NCBI GenBank assembly: GCA_965250155.1
Contig: OZ252291.1
Span: 2,738,593-2,802,592 of the forward strand
From: Gemmatimonadales bacterium
GTDB taxonomy: Bacteria > Gemmatimonadota > Gemmatimonadetes > Gemmatimonadales > GWC2-71-9
DNA: 64,000 bases
Reading direction: 5' to 3'
Below the pieces are notes generated by a model that was given only the letters and a program-made list of their open reading frames with translations, did no database searches and had not been told where the DNA came from. Of this stretch, positions 1-8,894 are shown in pieces (position 1 is the stretch's first letter; each line of letters begins with the position of its first letter). A program made the translations under genes and the position numbers.

Positions 1-653
1 AGCCGCTTTGCCTCCGTCGCCAGGGCCTCGTCTTCCCCCGGCTTCGGAGCTATGTCTTCGATTTCCTTGACGACATGTCGCAGGTAGTCGGCGCGTTTCA
101 TCACATCGTTGCGCCGTTCGACGAGTTCGGTTTCTCTCCGCTTCAGTTCTACCCACACCCGATACGCCTCCTTCACTCGCTGCCGCTCGTCGCCGGTGCC
201 GCCGAACGCATCGAGGATGTCACGCTGCGCAGCCGGACGGAGCAGCGATTGGGCTTCGTGCTGGCCGTGAAGATCCACCAGAGACCGGCCGAGGGTTGAC
301 AGCACCCCGACCGTGGTGGGACTGCCGTTTGCCCATGCCCGATTCCGGCCCTCGGTATTGATGTCTCGACGAACGATGAGCATGCCTTCCTCGATCTCCA
401 CACCCAACTGATCCGCAGATGCGTGGATACTGGCCGCTCGACCGAGATCGAACGCCGCTTCGACCACAGCCCTTGCCGCCCCGGGGCGTACTATGTCGGT
501 GCTGGCACGCTCGCCGAGCAGGAGGGATAGGGCGTCGACGAGGATGGACTTCCCTGCCCCGGTCTCTCCGGTCAGCACGTTGAGGCCGTGCTGCAGTGCA
601 AGAGTGGAATCCGAGATGATGGCTAGATCGCGTACCCGGAGCTCGGTTAACAC
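1..653 (-). CDS. recN: DNA repair protein RecN, N-terminal part (gene runs off the window start)
   Basis: Manual reverse-strand translation from GTG at 653-651 gives VLTELRVRDLAIISDSTLALQHGLNVLTGETGAGKSIL..., the RecN/SMC N-terminal Walker A. It lies 1 nt after the nadK stop. It is absent from the ORF track because it is truncated. Confidence 0.85.
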   Translation of the reverse strand, partial: MLTELRVRDLAIISDSTLALQHGLNVLTGETGAGKSILVDALSLLLGERASTDIVRPGAARAVVEAAFDLGRAASIHASADQLGVEIEEGMLIVRRDINTEGRNRAWANGSPTTVGVLSTLGRSLVDLHGQHEAQSLLRPAAQRDILDAFGGTGDERQRVKEAYRVWVELKRRETELVERRNDVMKRADYLRHVVKEIEDIAPKPGEDEALATEAKR

Positions 654-654
654 A

Positions 655-1521
655 TCACACCTTTTCGCGGTCGCTCAGGTCTCCCCATTGTAACTTGCTG
701 CGGACCCGATCGAAGAATCCTTCCGTTCCCAACCGTACCATTTGTACGCGAGCATCCGCCCTTCTGACACACACCACGTTGCCGTGCTCTAATTTCCTGT
801 CCCACTGGCCGTCGTACGACACCAGCACCGAATCCATATACGGTGAGAGGTGTTCGATGCGGATCACAGCGGAGGACGGCACGATGATGGGTCGCACGGC
901 GAGCGTGTGAGGGCAAATGGCGGTGACGACCAACGCATCCACACCCGGCACTACTATAGGACCTCCGGCACTCATCGAATAGGCTGTCGATCCTGTGGGT
1001 GTCGCCACGAGAATGCCGTCCGCGCTGTACTGGCCCACGACCTCCTCATCGACGACCACCCTGAACCGGAGAACGCGCGCCACACCGCCCTTATGCACGA
1101 CTACGTCATTGAGCGTGAAATCAGGACGGCCTTCCCCGTTCTTGTCGATGATCGTAGTCGCCAGCGCCCAGCGTGATTCGACCACGTAATCGCCGCCGAC
1201 AAAAGCTCGGAATGCGTCCTCCAGGTGATCGAGGGGAGCCGTCGTAAGGAAGCCCACCCGCCCGGTGTTGACACCCATGATGGGAACTCGACGACCGGCC
1301 AGCACGTGAGCACCGCGCAAGAGCGTGCCGTCGCCACCGAAGGTCATCAGGAGATCGAGTGGTTGAGACTTCTCCAGAAGCGGAACTTGGCTGGGCCAGA
1401 GATCAGCGATGTCCGGCTCTGAGTAGATAGAAAAGTTATGCGACTGAGCGGCGGCGAAAACCCGGGTCAGGGTCTCACGAATTTCGGCAAAGAGCGGGTT
1501 CCCTACGACCCCCACGTTCAT
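655..1521 (-). CDS. nadK: NAD+ kinase
   Basis: 288-aa ORF with the GGDGT motif (LLMTFGGDGTLLRGA) and NAD-kinase C-terminal beta-sandwich motifs (DGILVATPTGSTAYSMSAGGP). Confidence 0.93.
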   Translation of the reverse strand: MNVGVVGNPLFAEIRETLTRVFAAAQSHNFSIYSEPDIADLWPSQVPLLEKSQPLDLLMTFGGDGTLLRGAHVLAGRRVPIMGVNTGRVGFLTTAPLDHLEDAFRAFVGGDYVVESRWALATTIIDKNGEGRPDFTLNDVVVHKGGVARVLRFRVVVDEEVVGQYSADGILVATPTGSTAYSMSAGGPIVVPGVDALVVTAICPHTLAVRPIIVPSSAVIRIEHLSPYMDSVLVSYDGQWDRKLEHGNVVCVRRADARVQMVRLGTEGFFDRVRSKLQWGDLSDREKV

Positions 1522-3422
1522 GCGGTGGAAAGGCTCTCCTCGGTCTTTCGTGCTCGCACGCTCTCCGCAATGCCCTTCGCCGTCAGGCCGGCCGACGCCA
1601 GTTGCGAGGAGCGCGGGGCGTGTTCAAACGTTTGGTCCGGGGCGCCCATGACCTTCACGCGAACCTCGGGTGCAGTCTCATGCACAACGGCCGAAACGCA
1701 CGCTCCGAACCCATTCACCGCGGTGCCGTCTTCGACGGTGACAAGGAACCGGTGATCGGCGACGATCGTTCGGAGCATGTCCCGATCCAGCGGCTTCATG
1801 AATCGGCAATTGACCACTGACACGTCGAGTCCCTCAGACGCGAGCATCTCGGCCGCGTCCATCGCCGGCTGGCACATGACACCCACGGCAAGAATGGCGC
1901 AATCTTTTCCCTGCCGTAGCATCTCCCAGGTGCCGTACTCTATGGGCGCCACTTCTGCGGCCGGGGGTGCGGGTCCCGGAGCATTGTCTCTCGGATAGCG
2001 CAAGCTGAACGGCCCGTCTTTGTGCGCGAGGGCGCAGCGCAGCAACCCGATCAGTTCGGGAGCGTCCTTCGGCTGCGTGACGGTCATGTTGGGAACGGCA
2101 AGCATGTATGCGATGTCGTACAACCCCATGTGTGTTTGACCGTCCGCTCCGACCATTCCTGCACGATCCATGCAAAAGATGACCGGCAGCTTTTGGATAG
2201 CGATATCGTGGATGATGCTGTCGTAAGCACGTTGCAGAAACGTGGAATAGATCGCCACTACTGGACGAATGCCTTGCGTTGCCAGTCCCGCCGCGAACGT
2301 CGTCCCGTGGCCCTCCGCAATACCGACATCGAAGAAACGATCGGGCCATTTCTTCTGGAAGGTGTTCGTTCCCGTCCCTGAAGGCATTGCCGCAGTGATC
2401 GCCACCATCTCAGGATGTTCGGCAGCCAGCTCAGTGATTGCGTTGCCGAAGACTTTCGTCCACGCGGGAGGTCCTGAGCCTTTCGATGGCTTCAGTTCCC
2501 CGGTCACGGGATCGTAGGGCTTGCGGGCGTGGAATTTTTCGAGATCGGGCTCCTCCAACGGGAAGCCCCTGCCTTTCTCAGTGAGGACATGCACCACGCG
2601 GGGCCCTTTGACGCTCTTGGCCGTTTTGAGCATATTGATCATCGCCGGAATGTCGTGGCCGTCGATGGGCCCGAAATACCGGAAGCCCAACTCCTCGAAC
2701 AGCATGCCCGGCGACCAGAGATTCTTGACGCTTTCTTCGATGTTCTTGGCGAAGTCTACCATCCGCTTCCCACCGACGAATTTCGACGTTCTGTTGATGA
2801 TACTCTTCGCTATCTCACGAAGCTTGTTTGCCATCAGGGAGGCGTCAATGGAAACGAAGTATTTGCTGATCGCGCCCACGTTGGGCGCTATGGACATGCC
2901 GTTGTCGTTCACGATCATGATGATGTCACGGTCGGAATGCCCCGCATTGTTCATTCCCTCGTAGGGCATGCCGGATGTGAGAGCGCCATCTCCCACCACG
3001 GCAACCACGTGATGCAACTCGCCTTTCAAATCGCGTGCCGCCGCCATGCCGAGAGCGGCGGACATCGCAGTACCGGCATGACCGGCGCCGAATTGATCAT
3101 GCTCGCTCTCGGCGCGGCGGAGAAATCCCGAGAGACCGCCTTCTTGCCGCAACGTGGGGAGTCGATCGTTGCGGCCGGTGAGAATCTTCCACGGGTATCC
3201 TTGATGCCCCACATCCCACAGGATCTTGTCGCGTGGCGACTCGAAGCTATACAGGAGGGCGATGGTCAACTCGACCACGCCGAGCCCCGCACCGATGTGT
3301 CCACCGGTTTCGGAGACGACGTCGATGAGCCGTTCACGTACTTCGTCAGCCAGCTGCTGGAGCTGTCCGTGTGGAATGCGCCGAACGTCTTCGGGGCCGT
3401 GAATGGTTTCCAAGAGCGACAT
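1518..3422 (-). CDS. dxs: 1-deoxy-D-xylulose-5-phosphate synthase
   Basis: 634 aa. Carries the Dxs signature DVGHQGYPWKILTGR, the TPP-binding motif VVGDGALTSGMPYEGMNNAG and transketolase-like pyrimidine and C-terminal domains. 4-nt overlap with nadK. Confidence 0.97.
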   Translation of the reverse strand: MSLLETIHGPEDVRRIPHGQLQQLADEVRERLIDVVSETGGHIGAGLGVVELTIALLYSFESPRDKILWDVGHQGYPWKILTGRNDRLPTLRQEGGLSGFLRRAESEHDQFGAGHAGTAMSAALGMAAARDLKGELHHVVAVVGDGALTSGMPYEGMNNAGHSDRDIIMIVNDNGMSIAPNVGAISKYFVSIDASLMANKLREIAKSIINRTSKFVGGKRMVDFAKNIEESVKNLWSPGMLFEELGFRYFGPIDGHDIPAMINMLKTAKSVKGPRVVHVLTEKGRGFPLEEPDLEKFHARKPYDPVTGELKPSKGSGPPAWTKVFGNAITELAAEHPEMVAITAAMPSGTGTNTFQKKWPDRFFDVGIAEGHGTTFAAGLATQGIRPVVAIYSTFLQRAYDSIIHDIAIQKLPVIFCMDRAGMVGADGQTHMGLYDIAYMLAVPNMTVTQPKDAPELIGLLRCALAHKDGPFSLRYPRDNAPGPAPPAAEVAPIEYGTWEMLRQGKDCAILAVGVMCQPAMDAAEMLASEGLDVSVVNCRFMKPLDRDMLRTIVADHRFLVTVEDGTAVNGFGACVSAVVHETAPEVRVKVMGAPDQTFEHAPRSSQLASAGLTAKGIAESVRARKTEESLSTA

Positions 3423-3444
3423 GATCGTTGGCCGGTTCCTTTCG

Positions 3445-4374
3445 CTACGAGCGCCGATTCACGATAAAGTTAGCAAGGCTACAGAGGAGTGGGGAATCTA
3501 TCCCACCACCCCCCAAATGGTCTATGGCGCGGCGGATGCGGTCGTGGGCCTCGGCCATCGCGGCCTCGGTGCCGAGCAGCGTGGCAAACGTGGCCTTTTG
3601 CTGCCGGGCGTCCTTCCCCGCAGTTTTTCCCAGCTCCTGAGACGTGGCCGTAGCGTCCAGAACATCGTCGGCAATCTGGAAGGCCACGCCGATCTCCCGG
3701 CCGTACTCGCGCACTGGGTCCAGTCGAGATGACGAGGCTCCCGCGGCTATCGCTCCGATGACCGTGCTGGCCGTGATCAAGGCTCCAGTCTTCCGGCGGT
3801 GGATCTCGCGGAGGTCGTCGAGGCTGACTGGCCGCCCCTCGGCCTCGAGATCCAATACCTGGCCACCGATCATGCCGCTGGCCCCTGCCGCGCGGAACAG
3901 CTCGGCGCCGATCTTCCCCAACCTGGCCTCGGAGAGGCCAAGCCTGGCACACCCCACCGCCAGCACCCGGGCGGCTAGCGGCACCATGGCCACACCGGCC
4001 TCGACGGCCGTGGCCACACCGAACTCCCGGTGGGTGGTGGATCGTCCGCGGCGCAGATCGTCGTCATCCATGCAGGGCAGATCGTCGTGCACCAAGGAAT
4101 ACGTGTGCATCACTTCGACGGCGGCGGCGATTTCGACGACGTCGCCGTCACCTCCCAACTCCCTGTACACGCCCAGTACCAGAGCCGGACGCAGGCGCTT
4201 ACCGGGAGCGGATAGACTGTAAGCGACTGCTTCACCCACGTCACCCGGAAGGTCACGCCGCAGTCGGTCGCACCACTCATCCAGTACGGCGTTGGTCGCA
4301 TCGCGTGCTTCCGCGAGGAAACCGTTGAGATCAGTCGTCGACGTCGTCATCGGGGAGACTTCCGTCAGCCGCAT
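3445..4374 (-). CDS. ispA: Farnesyl/geranylgeranyl diphosphate synthase (polyprenyl synthetase)
   Basis: Two Asp-rich motifs (LVHDDLPCMDDDDLRRG and FQIADDVLD). The xseB-ispA-dxs order is as in E. coli. The true start may be M9 (4350). Confidence 0.9.
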   Translation of the reverse strand: MRLTEVSPMTTSTTDLNGFLAEARDATNAVLDEWCDRLRRDLPGDVGEAVAYSLSAPGKRLRPALVLGVYRELGGDGDVVEIAAAVEVMHTYSLVHDDLPCMDDDDLRRGRSTTHREFGVATAVEAGVAMVPLAARVLAVGCARLGLSEARLGKIGAELFRAAGASGMIGGQVLDLEAEGRPVSLDDLREIHRRKTGALITASTVIGAIAAGASSSRLDPVREYGREIGVAFQIADDVLDATATSQELGKTAGKDARQQKATFATLLGTEAAMAEAHDRIRRAIDHLGGGGIDSPLLCSLANFIVNRRS

Positions 4375-4555
4375 CTACGACTTTTTTCACGGTAAGCTCG
4401 GTATCCTGAAGCAGCTTGCGGGCGTTCTTCAATCGTTTGACTCCCTCCTGAAACAATTCCAGGGCTTCATCGAGATCGACCTCGGAATCTTCCAAGTTCC
4501 GGACGATTGCCTCGAGCCGCTCCAACTCGGCTCCGAACGACATTCGCTTGGTCAT
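4331..4555 (-). CDS. xseB: Exodeoxyribonuclease VII small subunit
   Basis: 74 aa helical protein (FGAELERLEAIVRNLEDSEVDLDEALELFQEGVKRLK) immediately downstream of xseA. Confidence 0.9.
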   Translation of the reverse strand: MTKRMSFGAELERLEAIVRNLEDSEVDLDEALELFQEGVKRLKNARKLLQDTELTVKKVVDAADGSLPDDDVDD

Positions 4556-5721
4556 GGTTCCTCTCCAGCGACTCGCGCGCGAACGTCACCGTCGGTCACG
4601 GTCAGTCGGAAATCCTTTCCCTTAGTGAAACCGCGGACGGTCTTGAGCACCTTCCCCGTATCGTCACGGGCCACGGCAAATCCTCGTTGTAACACTCTTA
4701 GCGGGCTCAACGCGTCCAACTTACCCGAGAGCATGGAAAGACGAGTGGCCCGCTGCTCGACTTGTTTGGACATCGCCACGTGGAGGCGATCGGCCGTACG
4801 CTCAAGACGTTCGCCGCCCAGCGTGGTGCGGCTGGTGAGCGATCGTCCCAGCCGCCGCGCCAGCACTTCGACGACACGCGTCGTTTCTTCCCGATCGGAA
4901 ACGACAGCCTCGGCCGCGGCGGAAGGCGTGGGCGCTCTGAAATCAGCCACAAGGTCGGTGAGCGCCATGTCCCCCTCATGTCCCACCGCCGATATGATTG
5001 GAACTTCAACGGCCGCCACGGCTCGCGCCACCTTTTCGCTGTTGAAGGCCCACAGGTCCTCGCGCGACCCGCCACCCCGGCCTACTATGGCCACATCGAC
5101 AGGTATCTCGTTCGTCAACCGAAGCGCCCGGCAGAGTTCCCGCTCCGCGGCTTCACCCTGGACTCGGGTGGGAAGCAACAAGATCTCTACCGCCGACCAG
5201 CGCCGCTCGATCACCGTGAGGATGTCGTGGAGCGCCGCCCCGTCAGGACTGGTAATGATGGCGATTCGGGCAGGAAATCGCGGCAGGGGTCGTCGCCTGG
5301 CCGGGTCGAGTAAGCCATCCCGCTCAAGGGCCGCCTTCGCCTTTTGCAGTTGGAGTTCCCACTGACCGTCCGCGTCCGTGGGGATGAGACGCTTGACGGT
5401 GATCCGGAACTCACCCCTCTCCTCCCAGACGGTGGGCCTGCCTTCCACGAACACTTGCAGTCCGTCTTCCGGCTGCCGGGAAACACGTTGATTGTCGGTG
5501 CGCCACATGACACAGCGCACCTGGGCTTCAGCGTCGCGCAGCGAGAAATACCAATGTCCGCTGCGGTACGTTTTGAAGCTCGTGATCTCACCTTTGATCC
5601 ACAGCGGGTGCAGTCCGGCTTCCACAAGTTGCCGGGCGCGGCGTGTGACCTGCGCCACGGTCCACGCGCCGTCGGACGACGTGGGCGCGGTAGAGAGAAA
5701 GAGGTCTAGATCGCCGCCCAA
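4552..5721 (-). CDS. xseA: Exodeoxyribonuclease VII large subunit
   Basis: 389 aa. N-terminal OB fold (LWIKGEITSFKTYRSGHWYFSLRD) plus the ExoVII catalytic core (GRGGGSREDLWAFN). ATGA-type overlap with xseB. Confidence 0.93.
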   Translation of the reverse strand: MGGDLDLFLSTAPTSSDGAWTVAQVTRRARQLVEAGLHPLWIKGEITSFKTYRSGHWYFSLRDAEAQVRCVMWRTDNQRVSRQPEDGLQVFVEGRPTVWEERGEFRITVKRLIPTDADGQWELQLQKAKAALERDGLLDPARRRPLPRFPARIAIITSPDGAALHDILTVIERRWSAVEILLLPTRVQGEAAERELCRALRLTNEIPVDVAIVGRGGGSREDLWAFNSEKVARAVAAVEVPIISAVGHEGDMALTDLVADFRAPTPSAAAEAVVSDREETTRVVEVLARRLGRSLTSRTTLGGERLERTADRLHVAMSKQVEQRATRLSMLSGKLDALSPLRVLQRGFAVARDDTGKVLKTVRGFTKGKDFRLTVTDGDVRARVAGEEP

Positions 5722-6596
5722 AGCCGTGCGGCCCGAACAGTGTTGTAGATCAGCATAGTGACCGTCATCGGCCCGACGCCGCCGGGCACCGGCGAGATGG
5801 CCGACGCGACCTCCTTCGCCGCATCGAACTCTACGTCGCCAACCAAGCGATACCCCTGTTCTCTAGTGGGATCGTCCACCCGGTTCGTTCCTACATCGAT
5901 GACTACGGCGCCGGGGCGCACCATGTTGCCCTTTACGAACTCCGGCCGCCCGATGGCCACTATGAGAATATCCGCCGACCGAGTGACGTCGCCTATGTTT
6001 TTCGTCCGCGAGTGGCACACCGTCACCGTGGCGTTGCCTCCCGGGCCCTTCTGGAGCAATAGCGACGCCACGGGTCGCCCGACGATGTTGGACCGACCCA
6101 CGATCACTACGTGTGCTCCCGAAATTTCGATACCGCTGCGCATCAACATCTGCTGCACGCCGAATGGAGTTGCCGGTGGGAAACCGGAGTCGTCGCCTAT
6201 GGCGACCTTGCCGACGTTCTCCGGATGGAACCCGTCCACGTCTTTTCGAGGATCGATGCGCCGTAGCACCTTGTTGGCATCAATGTGATCGGGCACCGGT
6301 AGCTGCACGATCATGCCGTGAATTGTCAGATCCTCGTTGAGACGATCCACCGTGGCCAGCAACTCGTGCTCCGGTGTGGACTCCGGCAGTACGACCGATT
6401 CACTGTGCATGACCATCTCTTCGCACACGCGGCCCTTCATCCGCACGTACACCTGGCTTGCCGGATCCTCTCCGACCAGAACTACCGCCAACCCCGGCGT
6501 GACCCCCTGCTTCTCTTTCAATCTATCGATTTCCGGCTTAAGTTCGGCCCGGATCTCGGCTGCAATCTCTTCTCCGCTGATGATCTTAGCGGGCAA
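5706..6596 (-). CDS. folD: Bifunctional methylenetetrahydrofolate dehydrogenase/cyclohydrolase
   Basis: 296 aa with typical FolD motifs (VYVRMK, VVIVGRSNIVGRPVA, PVPGGVGPMTV). Confidence 0.96.
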   Translation of the reverse strand: MPAKIISGEEIAAEIRAELKPEIDRLKEKQGVTPGLAVVLVGEDPASQVYVRMKGRVCEEMVMHSESVVLPESTPEHELLATVDRLNEDLTIHGMIVQLPVPDHIDANKVLRRIDPRKDVDGFHPENVGKVAIGDDSGFPPATPFGVQQMLMRSGIEISGAHVVIVGRSNIVGRPVASLLLQKGPGGNATVTVCHSRTKNIGDVTRSADILIVAIGRPEFVKGNMVRPGAVVIDVGTNRVDDPTREQGYRLVGDVEFDAAKEVASAISPVPGGVGPMTVTMLIYNTVRAARLWAAI

Positions 6597-8166
6597 TATC
6601 CACCGCCCTTGTCTCCCGAATCACGACCACTTTGATCTGCCCCGGGTATTGCAGTTCTTCTTCTATCTTGCGTGCTATCTCGTCCGACATCCGTGCTGCT
6701 TGATCGTCGGGCACTTCATCGGGAGAAACGACGATGCGGATCTCCCGCCCTGCCTGAATCGCATATGTCTTTTCGACGCCCGGAAAGTCGTTGGCGATTT
6801 CTTCCAGGCGAGTCAACCGTTTCACGTAGGTTTCAAAGGCTTCCCGGCGGGCACCGGGGCGCGCGCCACTGGCAGAATCCGCCGCCTGAACAATCACAGA
6901 AATCGGCGTTTCGTGCGGGTCGTCGTCGTGGTGGGCCGCGATGCAGTTGATCACCACGGCGTGTTCGCCGTACTTCGTCGCGACTTCGACGCCCAACTCG
7001 ACATGCGTTCCCTCATGCTGGTGTGTGAGCACCTTGCCAATGTCGTGCAACAGCGCACCGCGCTTCGCCAAGTGTACGTCCAGTTTCAACTCGGCCGCCA
7101 TGATGCCGGCGAGCCAGGCCACTTCCTTCGAATGCTGGTACATGTTTTGGCCGTAGGACGTGCGAAATTTCATGCGCCCTACGAGCTTTAGCAGCTCGGG
7201 ATGGAGGCCGTGAATTCCCAACTCGTATGCGGCCTCCTCTCCGGCCTCGACGATTTGCCGTTCCACCTGCTCGCGCGACTTGGCAACGATCTCCTCGATT
7301 CGGCCCGGGTGGATTCGGCCGTCCGTTATCAGGTGCTCGAGGGCCAGCCGGGCAACCTCGCGCCGAACAGGGTCAAAGCACGAAACAACCACCGTGTCCG
7401 GGGTGTCGTCGATAATCACGTCAACGCCGGTGGCAGTCTCGAAGGCACGGATATTCCGCCCCTCACGACCTATGATACGTCCCTTCATTTCGTCGTTGGG
7501 CAGAGACACGGCTGATACGGACATCTCGGATGCGTATTCAGATGCGATCCGCTGAACCGCTGTCGCGATGATCTTCTTGGCTTCGTGGTCGGCATTCTTT
7601 TTCGCTTCCTCCTTCAGGTCGCGCATGATAGCCGCCGCCTCGCTGCGCGCCCGTTCTTCGGCCTCGCGAAGAAGCTGTGCCTTGGCCTCGTCGGCCGACA
7701 TCCCGGAAAGCTGCTCCAGGCGCCGTTGATGGGCTGCGGACTCCTCCGTGAGCGCCTGCGCCTTCGCGTCCAGATGCTTCTCTTTGTCGCGAAGCGATTG
7801 ATCGCGCCGCTCGAGATCGGCCTCCCGTTCTTCGAGAGTGGTGATCTTACGATCGAGGTGGGTTTCCCGCTCTTCGAGTCTCCGCTCGATGCGAGCGATC
7901 TCTTCTCGCCGTCCCTTCTCATCCCGTTCCCAATCCTCGCGGGAGCGCATGACTTCTTCTTTCCCCGCAAGGATGGCCTCCGCCTTGGCCGTTTCGGCGT
8001 CGAGCCGAGCATCCGCGATCAACCGCCCGGCTTGTTGCTCCGCCGACCTAGCGGCCTCCTCGGCCAAACGTCGCTCTACTCTGCGGCCGAAAAAGTAAAA
8101 AGCCGCCCCGGCCAGAACTGCAGCCCCGAGTGCGGCTATTACCAATACAGCCACGTCTGATGACAT
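6586..8166 (-). CDS. rny: Ribonuclease Y
   Basis: 526 aa. N-terminal TM helix, long charged coiled coil, KH domain (GRIIGREGRNIRAFE) and HD domain (LLHDIGK ... AAHHDD). Confidence 0.96.
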   Translation of the reverse strand: MSSDVAVLVIAALGAAVLAGAAFYFFGRRVERRLAEEAARSAEQQAGRLIADARLDAETAKAEAILAGKEEVMRSREDWERDEKGRREEIARIERRLEERETHLDRKITTLEEREADLERRDQSLRDKEKHLDAKAQALTEESAAHQRRLEQLSGMSADEAKAQLLREAEERARSEAAAIMRDLKEEAKKNADHEAKKIIATAVQRIASEYASEMSVSAVSLPNDEMKGRIIGREGRNIRAFETATGVDVIIDDTPDTVVVSCFDPVRREVARLALEHLITDGRIHPGRIEEIVAKSREQVERQIVEAGEEAAYELGIHGLHPELLKLVGRMKFRTSYGQNMYQHSKEVAWLAGIMAAELKLDVHLAKRGALLHDIGKVLTHQHEGTHVELGVEVATKYGEHAVVINCIAAHHDDDPHETPISVIVQAADSASGARPGARREAFETYVKRLTRLEEIANDFPGVEKTYAIQAGREIRIVVSPDEVPDDQAARMSDEIARKIEEELQYPGQIKVVVIRETRAVDIAR

Positions 8167-8265
8167 AATCTATCTCCAGCGGCGCCACTCCCCAGCTTCA
8201 GGCGGGCCGCTCATGGCTTGAGTCAGAACCCCCGACCAGCTGCTGGACCGAAGATTATAGAAAAA

Positions 8266-8601
8266 CTAGCCGTCGTCAGCAGATGAGGCAAACGTCCCGG
8301 GCGCTCGAGACGGCCGTTTGCGGGGAGGTAGCAAGCGGGAAATCTCGGTGGTGAGGGCGCTCAATCGCTGTTCCATTTCCCGTTCGGCGACATGTGACTG
8401 AAACAGATCGTCGGTGATCGCGAGAGCCGCCAGAATGGCCGCTTTGTGACTCTCGATCAGCTTACCGGATGCCCGGACCTCCTTCATGGCCCGATCAACG
8501 TGCTCTGCAGCCGCACGGGTGTAGTCATCTGACCGGTCGGAGCGCAAACTGAACTCGTCGCCCCCGATCATAACCTTGACCAGTGTCTTCTTCGCGCTCA
8601 T
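8266..8601 (-). CDS. zapA: Cell division protein ZapA
   Basis: 111 aa with a ZapA-like pattern (VKVMIGGDEFSLRSDRSDDYTRAAAEHVDRAMKEV ... AILAALAITDDL). Confidence 0.8.
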   Translation of the reverse strand: MSAKKTLVKVMIGGDEFSLRSDRSDDYTRAAAEHVDRAMKEVRASGKLIESHKAAILAALAITDDLFQSHVAEREMEQRLSALTTEISRLLPPRKRPSRAPGTFASSADDG

Positions 8602-8894
8602 CGGCGGGCCTCCCCGGCGGCTGTCTGTTCCTCCAGGAACCGCAGCCGCGTCAACAATTCCGTGACTCTCCTACGAGTATGCTGCACCCTACTAAGCAGT
8701 TCTTTGTTCTCACCTTCCAACTGTAGAATGCGGGCCCGGGCGCCCACGATGTCGCCGTCCCCACTCAGATCTACTCGATCGGATTCCGCCTTGTGAGCGC
8801 GCCGCCGCCAAACCGCAAGCTCGTCCGACACTTGTTTGATCGCTGCTTCCAATTGCTCCAGCGCTTGAAATTCAGGCCTCTCTGCGTTCGACAC
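8598..8894 (-). CDS. Small coiled-coil protein (ZapB-like in composition only), hypothetical
   Basis: 98-aa heptad-rich ORF wedged between pheT and zapA with overlaps at both ends. No enzymatic motif. Confidence 0.5.
   Translation of the reverse strand: MSNAERPEFQALEQLEAAIKQVSDELAVWRRRAHKAESDRVDLSGDGDIVGARARILQLEGENKELLSRVQHTRRRVTELLTRLRFLEEQTAAGEARR

Noticed and set aside
2529-3467. 312-aa plus-strand ORF, and many similar long ORFs (for example 4292-5365, 6337-7191, 12806-13534, 15747-16745, 34767-35687, 46741-47448, 60893-61861) antisense to or out of frame with confidently identified genes
   Set aside because: High-GC genomes generate long stop-free antisense or alternate frames. The translations are Arg/Pro/Ala/Ser-rich low-complexity sequence with no motifs, and each overlaps a gene that has strong family signatures.
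8167-8265. Possible 6S RNA (ssrS) downstream of zapA, as in E. coli
   Set aside because: The zapA-rny gap is only 99 nt, too short for a ~180-nt 6S RNA, and I see no long closing stem with a central bubble. A TATAAT (minus strand, 8254-8259) may be an rny promoter -10, but that alone is not enough support.
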